Shown one piece after another: positions 9,832-18,560 of a stretch of DNA of 64,000 nt (position 1 is the stretch's first letter; the number at the start of each line of letters is the position of its first letter). Below the pieces are notes generated by a model that saw only the letters and a list, made by a program, of their open reading frames with translations, was not told where the DNA came from and did no database searches. This DNA is from an uncultured Acidobacteriota bacterium. GTDB lineage: Bacteria; Acidobacteriota; JAQAZP01. The DNA lies in the NCBI GenBank assembly GCA_963836075.1, contig CAWIIB010000001.1:1344001-1408000 (forward strand), in the 5' to 3' direction. Made by a program: the position numbers and the translations under genes.

Positions 9832-11955
9832 TTAGAACGTACCGGTCAGGCTGACGTAGAAACCTCTCCCCGGGGCGGGGATCTCGTCGCCGGCCATCAG
9901 GTCCCCCACCGGCATGGCCGCCTCGCGGGTCAGGTGCTCGTGGTATTCCTTGTCGAAGAGATTCTCGATGCCTGCCTGGAGCTGCAGCCAGCCGGTGAGC
10001 TGGACCCCGCCCCGCAGGTGCCAGACGGCAAAGCCCGGCGTCTCGTCCTCAGGGAAGGTCACGTCCACCCGGGTCTGGGAGTCGACAAAGCGGCCGCCCA
10101 GCTCGGTCCACCAGGGGAATCGCTGGCCGTATTCGGCCCGGGCCGCAGCCCGTCCCTCCAGTGGCGGGATCTCAGGCAGGGGGAACCCGCTCTTGCGGTC
10201 AGTGGCATGCACCCAGGCAATGCTCAAGGGGAAACTCCAGTGCTCCAGCCGGCCGAGCACGGCACCGGCCTCGGCGCCGTAAAGCCGGGCGTCGGTGTTG
10301 ATGAAGCCGCGGATCAGGTCCTCGGTGCCGTCACCGTTGACGTCCTGGCGGTCGATTTCGGTCTGCAGGATGTAGTCGCGCACACCGTCGTTGAAGACGG
10401 AGACAAAGAACAGGCAACGGGATTTCCGCCAGCTGGCACCCAGATCGAACTCCACTTTTTTCTCCGCATCCAGTGCCGGGTTGCCCAGCAGGAAGCCGCC
10501 CGGGGCCGGGGCAAAGGCGAAGTAGCGCTCGGTCATCCCGGCGGCCCTGGAGGCCAGGCCGGCACCAACGTGAACTTCGAGGCCTTCCCGGGGCTCCCAC
10601 TGCAGGACCAGGTTGGCTGAAGGCAGCGTCTCGGTCCGGGCCACATCACCGGCCTCTTCGCCATAAAAGCGGATGTAGTTCTCCCGGACGGTGCGGCCTT
10701 GGAGGCTCGGGTCGTCCACCGCCCCGGCATTGCTCTCCACCCGGTCCAGACGCGCACCGGCCCGCAGATTCCAGTGCGAGGACAGCCGCGAGTTCAGCTC
10801 GGCAAAGCCACCCAGGTCGTCCTGTGAGGTGTCGGGCCAGATGCGGTCGTAAAAGGTCTGACCGGGGGCCACCAGGTAGCGCTCGCGCACGCCGTCCCGG
10901 GCCAGGTCGTAATAGTCGGCACCCAGAGCCAGCATGCTGGCGGCGCCCAGTTCGAGATCGGCCCGCACAAGCCCGGAGAAGGTAATGGAATCGGTTGCCG
11001 ACTCCGCTTCCATCATCCCGCGGTTCGGCTTGCCGGTGTTGTTCATCAGATGGTCGATGGTGGCGTACCCGGCGGAGACCTCGAACCGCCGCAGCGTTTC
11101 GCCGGAGGGCCTTTCGATCCGGTAGCCGGTATTGTAGGTCCAAAGGGTGGAGTCCACCAGGTTCATGGGCAGCGAGGGGAAGTCCACCTGGTCCTCCTGC
11201 ACCCGGTTCACCGCGTTCCACCAGCGGTGGCCCTCCCGGGGCCGCAGGCCAAAGGTCAGCTGGCCGCTCCAGCCCTCCTGGGTGGCCGGCACTTCCGTGC
11301 CGTTGGCCGATTCGTAATCGCCATACTGGATCGTATCCACGGAGCCGGAGTAATCGAATGCCGCCGTGCCCCCCTGGAAACCGGCCCCGCCGGTATAACC
11401 GCTCCGGGCGCTGTCACCGCCGGCAGTGACCCAGCCGCCACATCCGGCCCCCTGCTCGGGATCCCGCTCGTAGTCGGGATTGATCACGATGCGGCCCCCG
11501 GTTCCGGCCGGGCCCAGGGTCACCGAGGACAGCCCCATGACCACCAGCACCTCGCCGGTCACATGGGGGCGGAAGTAGGTTACCGGCGGATCCATCCGCG
11601 CCGGGCAGGCGCCGAAAATGGGCAGGTGCCCCAGCTGGGTCACCACCCGCTCGTACCCCAGCCCCCTGATCACCGGCTCGGTGGCCGAAGCGCCCCGGCG
11701 AACGGCATTCACACCGGGAATCTCAGTCAGTGCCTCCCCCACGTTGGTGTACCGCCCGGAGTTCAGCTCCTCCTCGTCCAGCTTCACCAGCTCAGGACCC
11801 GCCACTCCGGCAGAGACCACGATCTCCTCGTGCACTTCAAGGGGGGGCTCATCCTCCTCACCCTCGCCGCCGGTCTGGGCGGTCGCCAGGACGGAGAAAG
11901 TCGATACCAGGAACAGCACCATGATCATACGAACCAACGACTCACCGCTCCTCAT
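9832..11955 (-). CDS. TonB-dependent receptor, OprC/NosA-like copper receptor
   Basis: Signal peptide, plug domain (EPVIRG), GACPARMDPP (CxxxM) and DHLM (HxM) motifs, ENLFDKEY, C-terminal Phe; start codon uncertain (11955 or 11928). Confidence 0.8.
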   Translation of the reverse strand: MRSGESLVRMIMVLFLVSTFSVLATAQTGGEGEEDEPPLEVHEEIVVSAGVAGPELVKLDEEELNSGRYTNVGEALTEIPGVNAVRRGASATEPVIRGLGYERVVTQLGHLPIFGACPARMDPPVTYFRPHVTGEVLVVMGLSSVTLGPAGTGGRIVINPDYERDPEQGAGCGGWVTAGGDSARSGYTGGAGFQGGTAAFDYSGSVDTIQYGDYESANGTEVPATQEGWSGQLTFGLRPREGHRWWNAVNRVQEDQVDFPSLPMNLVDSTLWTYNTGYRIERPSGETLRRFEVSAGYATIDHLMNNTGKPNRGMMEAESATDSITFSGLVRADLELGAASMLALGADYYDLARDGVRERYLVAPGQTFYDRIWPDTSQDDLGGFAELNSRLSSHWNLRAGARLDRVESNAGAVDDPSLQGRTVRENYIRFYGEEAGDVARTETLPSANLVLQWEPREGLEVHVGAGLASRAAGMTERYFAFAPAPGGFLLGNPALDAEKKVEFDLGASWRKSRCLFFVSVFNDGVRDYILQTEIDRQDVNGDGTEDLIRGFINTDARLYGAEAGAVLGRLEHWSFPLSIAWVHATDRKSGFPLPEIPPLEGRAAARAEYGQRFPWWTELGGRFVDSQTRVDVTFPEDETPGFAVWHLRGGVQLTGWLQLQAGIENLFDKEYHEHLTREAAMPVGDLMAGDEIPAPGRGFYVSLTGTF

Positions 11956-12102
11956 CCTCCTGCACCTCCAGTGGCATCCGTAGTAAGACGACATAATCGA
12001 TCAAGATTATTTCGTATAAGTATCATATTTATTAACATCTTACAGGATGATCACTGAAATTCAAGAGGAAGGGGGGAGGATCAGATGGGGCGGGGGAACC
12101 CG

Positions 12103-12133
12103 CTCACCGGCCGGCTCACGGCCAGCCGGTGAG
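12103..12133. terminator. Hairpin downstream of the DUF1579 gene
   Basis: CTCACCGG...CCGGTGAG inverted repeat just after the stop; no U-tract. Confidence 0.35.
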
Positions 12134-12149
12134 TCGATGGGACAGGCTT

Positions 12150-12761
12150 TTACTTGCGGGTGTAGGTGATCTCCATCGTCTTGAACTCCGTGCCGTCCGG
12201 AGCGGGGCCGTACATCTCCATGACGTGGTGGTCGTCGTCGATGACCCTGAACACCTCGCGCATACTGCTCTTCTTACCGGTCATGAAATCGTCGAACTCG
12301 GCGGTCAGGGTACAGACACCGTCCGTCATCGTCCCCTCGGCAAACAACACCATGGTGCTCATGCTGTCGATCCAGGTGCTGACATACTTTTTCTTGTAGT
12401 TGTCGTAGCCCATGTAGCCGATGCCCTCGAACGGCTGGCCCATCATGTCGCCATTGAAGGCCGTCATCACCCAGCGACCGCCAAGCACCCAGCTGTTGGT
12501 GCAGCTGCCGGTGGAAACCATCGGCTCGGTGCCCGGAGCGGCCCACCACTTGGTGGCGGCGCTCCAGGTGCCGATCATGCCGTTAAGCGCCTTGTGGTTC
12601 TCGGTGGGCGTGGACATTTCGGCCCACCTGGCCATCATCTCCGGGGTCATCCCGGAGACACCACTCTCATCCGTGGTCTCGTCATGGGCCACGACAAAAC
12701 TGCCGGTAAAAATGGCCAGAACCATGGCGGTCAGAAGTATCAGGGTCTTGCTCTTCTTCAT
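12150..12761 (-). CDS. DUF1579-family exported protein
   Basis: Signal peptide; P..HKAL..MIGTW, LGGRW, FEGIGYMGYDNYKKKYVSTWIDSMST pattern. Confidence 0.8.
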   Translation of the reverse strand: MKKSKTLILLTAMVLAIFTGSFVVAHDETTDESGVSGMTPEMMARWAEMSTPTENHKALNGMIGTWSAATKWWAAPGTEPMVSTGSCTNSWVLGGRWVMTAFNGDMMGQPFEGIGYMGYDNYKKKYVSTWIDSMSTMVLFAEGTMTDGVCTLTAEFDDFMTGKKSSMREVFRVIDDDHHVMEMYGPAPDGTEFKTMEITYTRK

Positions 12762-12832
12762 CTCATTCTCCAAATGTATTGTGTTGCTTTGAGTATGGTG
12801 TCGATTCTTATGATCGACTATATCTGTCTACT

Positions 12833-12860
12833 ATCTTACTTGCCCTCCCCTGTTTGTCAA
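12833..12860 (-). promoter_or_regulatory. Candidate sigma70 promoter of the DUF1579 gene
   Basis: TTGACA (12860-12855)-N16-TAAGAT (12838-12833) in an AT-rich gap. Confidence 0.4.
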
Positions 12861-12880
12861 TGAAAAATTCTGTCAGAACA

Positions 12881-14122
12881 TCAGGCCGCCAGATCAGGCG
12901 ACCCCGGCTCCCCGTGAGCCCCGACCCGCACCACACCCATGCCGTGCTTACCCCGCAGGCCGTCCACCGCCTCGTAGAGCCGGCGCATGGTGCTGCTGTG
13001 GGTGGTGGAGGGCGCGGTGCGGGCCGCTTCAGCCCGGCTCTCGTAGCGTCCGGCAAAGAGGGGCAGCTGCCAGTTGCCTTCGAGGCAGGAGGCGGCGATG
13101 GCCACCCGCCGCACCCGGACCCGCCGGGTGAACAGGCCGTGAAAGGTCTCGAGGCACTGCTCGAGGATTCGCCCGTCGAGATCGGTGGGCTCGGCGGTGA
13201 CCCCGCCCCGCTGGGCGCGCACCTGGTCGGAATACTGGACAAAAACCGTGAAGCGGCGGGCAGCCAGTTTCTCGCGGCGCAGGCGGGTGCCCAGACGGCC
13301 GGCCAATTGGTGCAGCACCCCGGTGAGCCGGCCCCGGTCGACGCTGTCGGGGTTCAGGGTCTCCTCTTCCCGCCACCGGGACCGGGCATTGGCGGCGGTT
13401 TCGCACCGCACCGGCGTGCGGTCCACACCCCGGGCCCGCTGGTGCAGCGTGCGGCCGGTGGCCGGGCCAAAGACAGAGCCCAGCAGCTCTTCGGGGAAAC
13501 GGGTTACGTCGCCGATGCGGTGCACCGCCATGTCGCGGAGCGCCGCCCCCAGCTTCGGCCCCACGCCGGGCAGCCGGTCAATGGCCAGCGGGGCGAGAAA
13601 GGACTGCTCATACCCGGTGAAGACGTCCACCAGCCGCGCGCACTTGGCCGTGCCCGAAGCCACCTTGCTCACCAGCTTGTTCGCCGCCAGGCCCACCGAG
13701 ACCCCCAGGCCGGTGGCTTCGCGCACCTCGCACTTGATCCGGGCGGCGGCGTCCACCGGACTGCCGAAGAGGAACTGGCAACCGGTGTAGTCGAGAAAGC
13801 CTTCGTCCAGCGAGGCGCGCTCCACCAGCGGGCTGAAGCGCTCGAGGACACTGAAGAGGGATGACGAAGCCCGGGCGTAAAGGTCCCAGTCCACATGGAC
13901 CAGGGATGCGCCGGGACAGACGCGGCGGGCCTGGGCCATGGTCATGCCGGGCCGGACACCTTCGGCCCGGGCCTCGTACGAGGCGGAGACCACCCCGCCC
14001 CGGCTGGCGAGGTGGCCCACAATGACCGGACGCCGGCAATAGGCCGGGTCGCTCACTCGCAGCACGGAGGCGAAGAAGTCATCCGTGTTGATGTGAAGAA
14101 CAGTTGGCGCGTGGGGGTTCAC
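12881..14122 (-). CDS. dinB: Y-family DNA polymerase (DinB/ImuB-like)
   Basis: LHINTDDFFASV, SASYEARAEGV, SLDEGFLD, NKLVSKVAS, LPGVG HhH, clamp-binding QLPLF. Confidence 0.8.
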   Translation of the reverse strand: MNPHAPTVLHINTDDFFASVLRVSDPAYCRRPVIVGHLASRGGVVSASYEARAEGVRPGMTMAQARRVCPGASLVHVDWDLYARASSSLFSVLERFSPLVERASLDEGFLDYTGCQFLFGSPVDAAARIKCEVREATGLGVSVGLAANKLVSKVASGTAKCARLVDVFTGYEQSFLAPLAIDRLPGVGPKLGAALRDMAVHRIGDVTRFPEELLGSVFGPATGRTLHQRARGVDRTPVRCETAANARSRWREEETLNPDSVDRGRLTGVLHQLAGRLGTRLRREKLAARRFTVFVQYSDQVRAQRGGVTAEPTDLDGRILEQCLETFHGLFTRRVRVRRVAIAASCLEGNWQLPLFAGRYESRAEAARTAPSTTHSSTMRRLYEAVDGLRGKHGMGVVRVGAHGEPGSPDLAA

Positions 14123-14173
14123 GGCAACAACTCCCTTCAGTCTTTTCGATCAGTTGGAAACGGAATATTGAAT

Positions 14174-14246
14174 GCGGTTCAAGGCCCCGGGGGGATCAGG
14201 GCCGGCACACGGCCTGGGCGCCGGCCCAAACGGAGCCTTGAACCGC
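14174..14246 (-). other. Long nested hairpin between lexA and the Y-family polymerase gene
   Basis: 16-bp outer stem (14174-14189 / 14231-14246, one G-U pair on the minus strand) enclosing an 8-bp stem GGGCCGGC/GCCGGCCC. Confidence 0.55.
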
Positions 14247-14311
14247 TCCTAGGCATAACCTCATCTGTGGCCCGATAGCGGCGTTAACGACTTCCTCGAA
14301 TCCTGGAAATC

Positions 14312-14917
14312 TCACGTAAACTTGCGCATCAGGCCCACCACCACGCCCTGCACTTGGACCTCGGTCTCGTCCACCAGGATCGGCTCCATGGCGGCGTTGG
14401 CCGGCTGGAGACGGATGGAGCGGCCCTCACGGAACCAGCGCTTGACCGTGACCTCGGTGCCGCCCACCAGGGCCACCACCACCTCGCCGTCCCGTGCCGT
14501 CTCGCGACGCTCGACGATGATCGTGTCACCCTCGAGGATGCCGTCCTCGATCATCGAGTCGCCGCGCACGCGAAGCGCGTAGCTCTCCTCGCCGCGCACC
14601 AGGTCTTCGGGAAGGGTCACCGTCTCGGGCACCGGGCAGGCCTCGATGGGCGAACCGGCGGCAACCATGCCCAGCAGGGGCACCTCCACCGCCACGCCGG
14701 CGTCCCCGCCCTGCCGCGGGGCGGCCGAACGGGTGCGGTGCTTCTCGCGGGTGATCAGCCCCTCGTCCACCATGTTCTCCAGGTGGCGGTGCACCGTGCT
14801 CACCGCCGAGAGCCCCAGGTGGTCGCGGATCTCTTCGATGGAGGGGGAGTAGCCGTGCCGTGTGCGATACCCGGTGAGGAAATCGAGGATCTGCTTCTGC
14901 CTTCTGGTCACCGGCAT
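14312..14917 (-). CDS. lexA: SOS transcriptional repressor LexA
   Basis: T.RQ..IL, GYSPSIEEI wHTH; VAAG cleavage site; VRGDSM catalytic Ser; VTVKR catalytic Lys. Confidence 0.96.
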   Translation of the reverse strand: MPVTRRQKQILDFLTGYRTRHGYSPSIEEIRDHLGLSAVSTVHRHLENMVDEGLITREKHRTRSAAPRQGGDAGVAVEVPLLGMVAAGSPIEACPVPETVTLPEDLVRGEESYALRVRGDSMIEDGILEGDTIIVERRETARDGEVVVALVGGTEVTVKRWFREGRSIRLQPANAAMEPILVDETEVQVQGVVVGLMRKFT

Positions 14918-14959
14918 GGCGCTCCTCCTCTTTGTGCGGACGCCGTAGGCGTCGGTTGT

Positions 14960-15014
14960 TTTCGCTCTATTTTCGTTCTGCAGTGAATATAGGCGAAACT
15001 AAAACGAAAGTCAA
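14960..15014 (-). promoter_or_regulatory. sigma70 promoter of lexA with two putative LexA operators
   Basis: TTGACT (15014-15009)-N17-TATATT (14991-14986); TTTCG-ctctat-TTTCG at 14960-14975 and CGAAA-ctaaaa-CGAAA at 14994-15009. Confidence 0.8.
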
Positions 15015-15056
15015 GCGCTGTTTTCCGGCCCCCTCCCGACATGCTAGACTCCCCCC

Positions 15057-17066
15057 ATGAACGAGGCTGTCGACACATCCACCGGGTGGACCGTCCGGCT
15101 GGCCGTCCTGGCCCTGGCCGCAGCCATACTGGTTTCCGGACTGCTGGCCCTCTACCCGATCCACTCCTTCGACCTCTGGTGGCACCTGCGCACCGGGCAG
15201 CTGATCCTGGAGCAGGGCCATATCCCGCGGGTCGACCCGTTCACCTACACGGCCGAGGGCCGTCCCTGGGTGACCCACGAGTGGCTGGCCGAGATCCTCT
15301 TTTACCTGCTGCACCGGGCCGGGGGCGCGAACCTGCTGGTGATCTGCAAGGCCCTGCTCAGCGGGCTGACCCTGGCCCTGGCCGGCTGGGCCGGCCTGGT
15401 GGGCCACCGGGCACGGGAGCGTCTCCCGGCGGCGGCGCTGGGCATCCTGCTGGCCGCTCCCCTGCTGGCCATCCGTGCCTTTGTCCGGCCCCACCTGCTC
15501 ACCGCCCTGCTGCTGGCCGTCACCCTGCTGCTGCTGCGCAAGGAGTCGGCCACGGCGCGACCGGTCTGGCGCTGGGCCCTGCCGCCCCTCTTCCTGCTCT
15601 GGGCCAACCTGCACTCCGGTTTTCTGCTGGGGTTGGGGCTGGTGGTGCTCTACTGGGCCGGGGAGGCGATCTCCATCCGGATCGGTGCCGCCGCACCGGC
15701 TGCAACACCCTGCTGGCGGGGGCGCCTGCTGGCCCTGGGCGCTTCCCTGCTGGCCACCCTGGCCAACCCGCACCACGTGGAGGCCCTGCTCTACCCGGTG
15801 AGGCTGGTGATCGACCCGGTGGTGACGGGGATGATCGCCGAGCTGCAGTCCCCCCTTGACCCCCGGTTTCGCGGCGCGCTGTTTCTCTGGTTCCTGCTGC
15901 TGTCCGCCGTGGTGCTGGCCCTGCTGCTGCCCGGCCGGCTGCGCCGGCTGCAGTTCTCGCTGATTCTGCCCGGCGCGGTCTTTGCCGTGCTGGCCCTGCA
16001 GGCGGTGCGCAGTGTGAGCGAGCTGGCGGTGCTGATCCCGGCGCTGGTGGCGGCCCACGGTGAACGGCTGGGGACCAGGAGGGCCGTGGCCGCCGCAACG
16101 TCGGCGGTGGTGCTGCTGGGGGCCCTCGGTCTGGGTCTGCTGGCCACAGGCCCGGGCATTCCCATGGGAACCCGGGAGGATCCCCGCCGCACCGGACTGG
16201 GGATCCATCCGGTCAACCTTCCCCGGGCCGCGGTGGAATTCCTCAGCCGGACAGAACCACCGGGCCGGATCTTCAGCACCATGGGGTTCAGCTCCTGGCT
16301 GATCTACCGGCTCTGGCCCGAAAAAAGGGTCTATATCGACGGGAGGCTGGATGTCTTCCCGCCCGAGTTCCTCGAGGGATACGGAATGATGATGACCACG
16401 GGAGCGGGGTGGGATGAAGCGGTGGCGCGCTACGACATTCAACTGGCCCTGGTCAACTACCCCGACCAGGCGACCCCTGGCGGGAGCCTGCAGGGCCGGT
16501 TGCGTCAAGACCCCGACTGGGTCTGCGTCTACTTCAGTGACAACGCCCTGGTCTATGCCCGGCGTACACCGGGAAATGCGGAAATCATCGAACGCTACGG
16601 GATCGCCTTCGATCCCGGGCTGCGCACCAGGGCCTCACTGGCGGCCTTCACCGAGAGCGCCTCCCCGGCGCTCATTCAGCGCACCCTGGTCGTGCTGGAG
16701 CGGATCAGCGCGGTGGCCCCCGGGGAGGAGGCGCCGGTCCTGATCCGGGAACTGCTGCACAATCTGGCGGCGGGACGGGAGGGCGGGACCGGCCAGGTCA
16801 ACGCTCTGCTGGCCAGGGCCGACCAGGAACTTGCCGCCGGAGAGGTGGCGGCGGCCCTGGCCACCCTCGAACAGGCCGCCACCCTGGAACCCGGAAATTT
16901 CCTGGTTCAGCTGCGGCTGGGTGTGCTCCACGCCCGGGAGGGGCGGCTGGAGCAGGCCGAATCCTGTCTCAGACGCGCCGTGGAACTGCGTCCCGGTGAC
17001 GGCGCGGCGAGACAGAACCTGGAGCGTGTCCGGCGTATGCGGGACAGCGACCGGCAAACCGACTAG
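15057..17066 (+). CDS. Multi-pass membrane protein, GT-C-like, with C-terminal TPRs
   Basis: DLWWHLRTG, DPFTYT, HEWL, RPHL, LWANLHSGF, YIDGR motifs; many hydrophobic segments; TPR-like tail. Confidence 0.7.
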   Translation: MNEAVDTSTGWTVRLAVLALAAAILVSGLLALYPIHSFDLWWHLRTGQLILEQGHIPRVDPFTYTAEGRPWVTHEWLAEILFYLLHRAGGANLLVICKALLSGLTLALAGWAGLVGHRARERLPAAALGILLAAPLLAIRAFVRPHLLTALLLAVTLLLLRKESATARPVWRWALPPLFLLWANLHSGFLLGLGLVVLYWAGEAISIRIGAAAPAATPCWRGRLLALGASLLATLANPHHVEALLYPVRLVIDPVVTGMIAELQSPLDPRFRGALFLWFLLLSAVVLALLLPGRLRRLQFSLILPGAVFAVLALQAVRSVSELAVLIPALVAAHGERLGTRRAVAAATSAVVLLGALGLGLLATGPGIPMGTREDPRRTGLGIHPVNLPRAAVEFLSRTEPPGRIFSTMGFSSWLIYRLWPEKRVYIDGRLDVFPPEFLEGYGMMMTTGAGWDEAVARYDIQLALVNYPDQATPGGSLQGRLRQDPDWVCVYFSDNALVYARRTPGNAEIIERYGIAFDPGLRTRASLAAFTESASPALIQRTLVVLERISAVAPGEEAPVLIRELLHNLAAGREGGTGQVNALLARADQELAAGEVAAALATLEQAATLEPGNFLVQLRLGVLHAREGRLEQAESCLRRAVELRPGDGAARQNLERVRRMRDSDRQTD

Positions 17067-18514
17067 GATCTGACGGGCACGGTCACCGGTTGGGATTCAC
17101 CGGCCGCGCCGGCCATCGCCGGGCCACGGTCACCCACACAGAGAGCCATCAGGTCGGCCGCCCGTTCCAGGTGCTCGAGGGAGAAGACCACCCCGCGCAG
17201 ACGCTCCCGGCCTGCCGTGCTGAGCAGCGGCGAGGAGAGCGCGTCGAACTTGGTGTCCAGGTCCTCCATGGTCATCGGGTCGCGGGGGTCGCCCTTGGGA
17301 ATGTCCACCCGCCGCTCGAGCAGACGGCCGTCGTTCAGTTCGATCTCCACCCGGCAGGGCTGGATCTCGGGGAAGAGCCTCTCGAACTCCTCGCTGGCCA
17401 GCACCTTGATCTTGGGCAACTGCTCCCGCAGCCGCGGGTCCATGATCTTCTCCTCGACGAACTCCTCCGGGGTCACCTTCCCCTCGGCCAGGGCCGCGGC
17501 GATGCAGTAGGGCAGCGAGTGGTCGGCCGCCTCCTTGGTCCGCGGGTCGTACTTGGCCGGGTCGCTGAGGATGTCGGCCGCCCGGGCGATGGTCTCGATG
17601 CGCACCTCCCGCACCTCCTCCGCCTTCAGGGAGTGCTCCTTGATCAGGTAGAGCGCGGCGGTGATCGGCGAGTGGGTCAGTGCCTCAGTGGGGAACGCCT
17701 TCATGCCGCAGTCGACGATCTTGAACCGCTCACCCAGCCCGCCGGTGAGTTTCTCCAGGTCCCAGTCCGGCCCGAGACAGTGAACCATCCCCTCCTTGCC
17801 GTCGATCACGTTTTCCGGACCGGTGTAGCCGTCCCGGGCCAGCAGCGCCGCTTCCACCCCGGCCCTGGTGGCCATGGGGTCCACGGTGTTCTTCATCATC
17901 GACAGCGTGCCGGCCACCGCGGCGCCGAGGGTGAAGTGGTGGCAGGCCGAGATCCCCAGTGCGTGGCGGGTCCGCTCGGCATCGAGGCCCAGCATCCGCG
18001 CAGCCACCAGCGGCGAGGCGTAGGCGGTGAGGCTGGCATGGTGCCAGCCCCGCTCGCGGATACCGGGGATCGCCGCTTCGCAGAGCCGCATCTCGATCTC
18101 GTGGCCCAGCACGATGCCGAGGATCAGCTCCCGTCCGGACAACCCCTGCGCCTCGCAGAGGCTCAGCGCCGCGGGGATGATGTCGCTGGGGTGCGAGGGG
18201 TCCTGCTTCCAGTAGATGTCGTTGTAATCCATGGCACGGATCATCAGCGCATTGAGGAAGGCGGCCTCCACGGCGTGGGTCTTCAGACCCGACCCGATCA
18301 CCGTGCACTCCTCGCGGCAGCCCTTGGCCACGGCCAGTTTCTCGGCGATCTGGTAGTCGGAACTGCGGGCGCCGCCAAAAGCGCAGCCCAGGGAGTCGTA
18401 GAGAAAATGCTTGGCGGCGTCCACAGCTTCCGGGGTCAAGTCTTCGTAACGCAGGCCCGAGGACCACTCGGACAGGGCGTGGCTTACATAACGGTTCATG
18501 ATCCGATCTTTCAC
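17063..18514 (-). CDS. prpD: MmgE/PrpD family protein (2-methylcitrate dehydratase-like)
   Basis: DYNDIY..DPSHPSD, KAFPTEALTHS, PRTKEAADHSLPY, PKGDPRDP. Confidence 0.85.
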   Translation of the reverse strand: MKDRIMNRYVSHALSEWSSGLRYEDLTPEAVDAAKHFLYDSLGCAFGGARSSDYQIAEKLAVAKGCREECTVIGSGLKTHAVEAAFLNALMIRAMDYNDIYWKQDPSHPSDIIPAALSLCEAQGLSGRELILGIVLGHEIEMRLCEAAIPGIRERGWHHASLTAYASPLVAARMLGLDAERTRHALGISACHHFTLGAAVAGTLSMMKNTVDPMATRAGVEAALLARDGYTGPENVIDGKEGMVHCLGPDWDLEKLTGGLGERFKIVDCGMKAFPTEALTHSPITAALYLIKEHSLKAEEVREVRIETIARAADILSDPAKYDPRTKEAADHSLPYCIAAALAEGKVTPEEFVEEKIMDPRLREQLPKIKVLASEEFERLFPEIQPCRVEIELNDGRLLERRVDIPKGDPRDPMTMEDLDTKFDALSSPLLSTAGRERLRGVVFSLEHLERAADLMALCVGDRGPAMAGAAGESQPVTVPVRS

Positions 18515-18560
18515 TCCATGTGTTGTTTCAGCAAACTCAGCTGGAAAACAGAAATTTCTT

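Noticed and set aside
14174-14246. 6S RNA, suggested by GGTTCAAG/CTTGAACC
   Set aside because: Too short, and arm order and central bubble do not match 6S architecture; kept only as an unexplained hairpin
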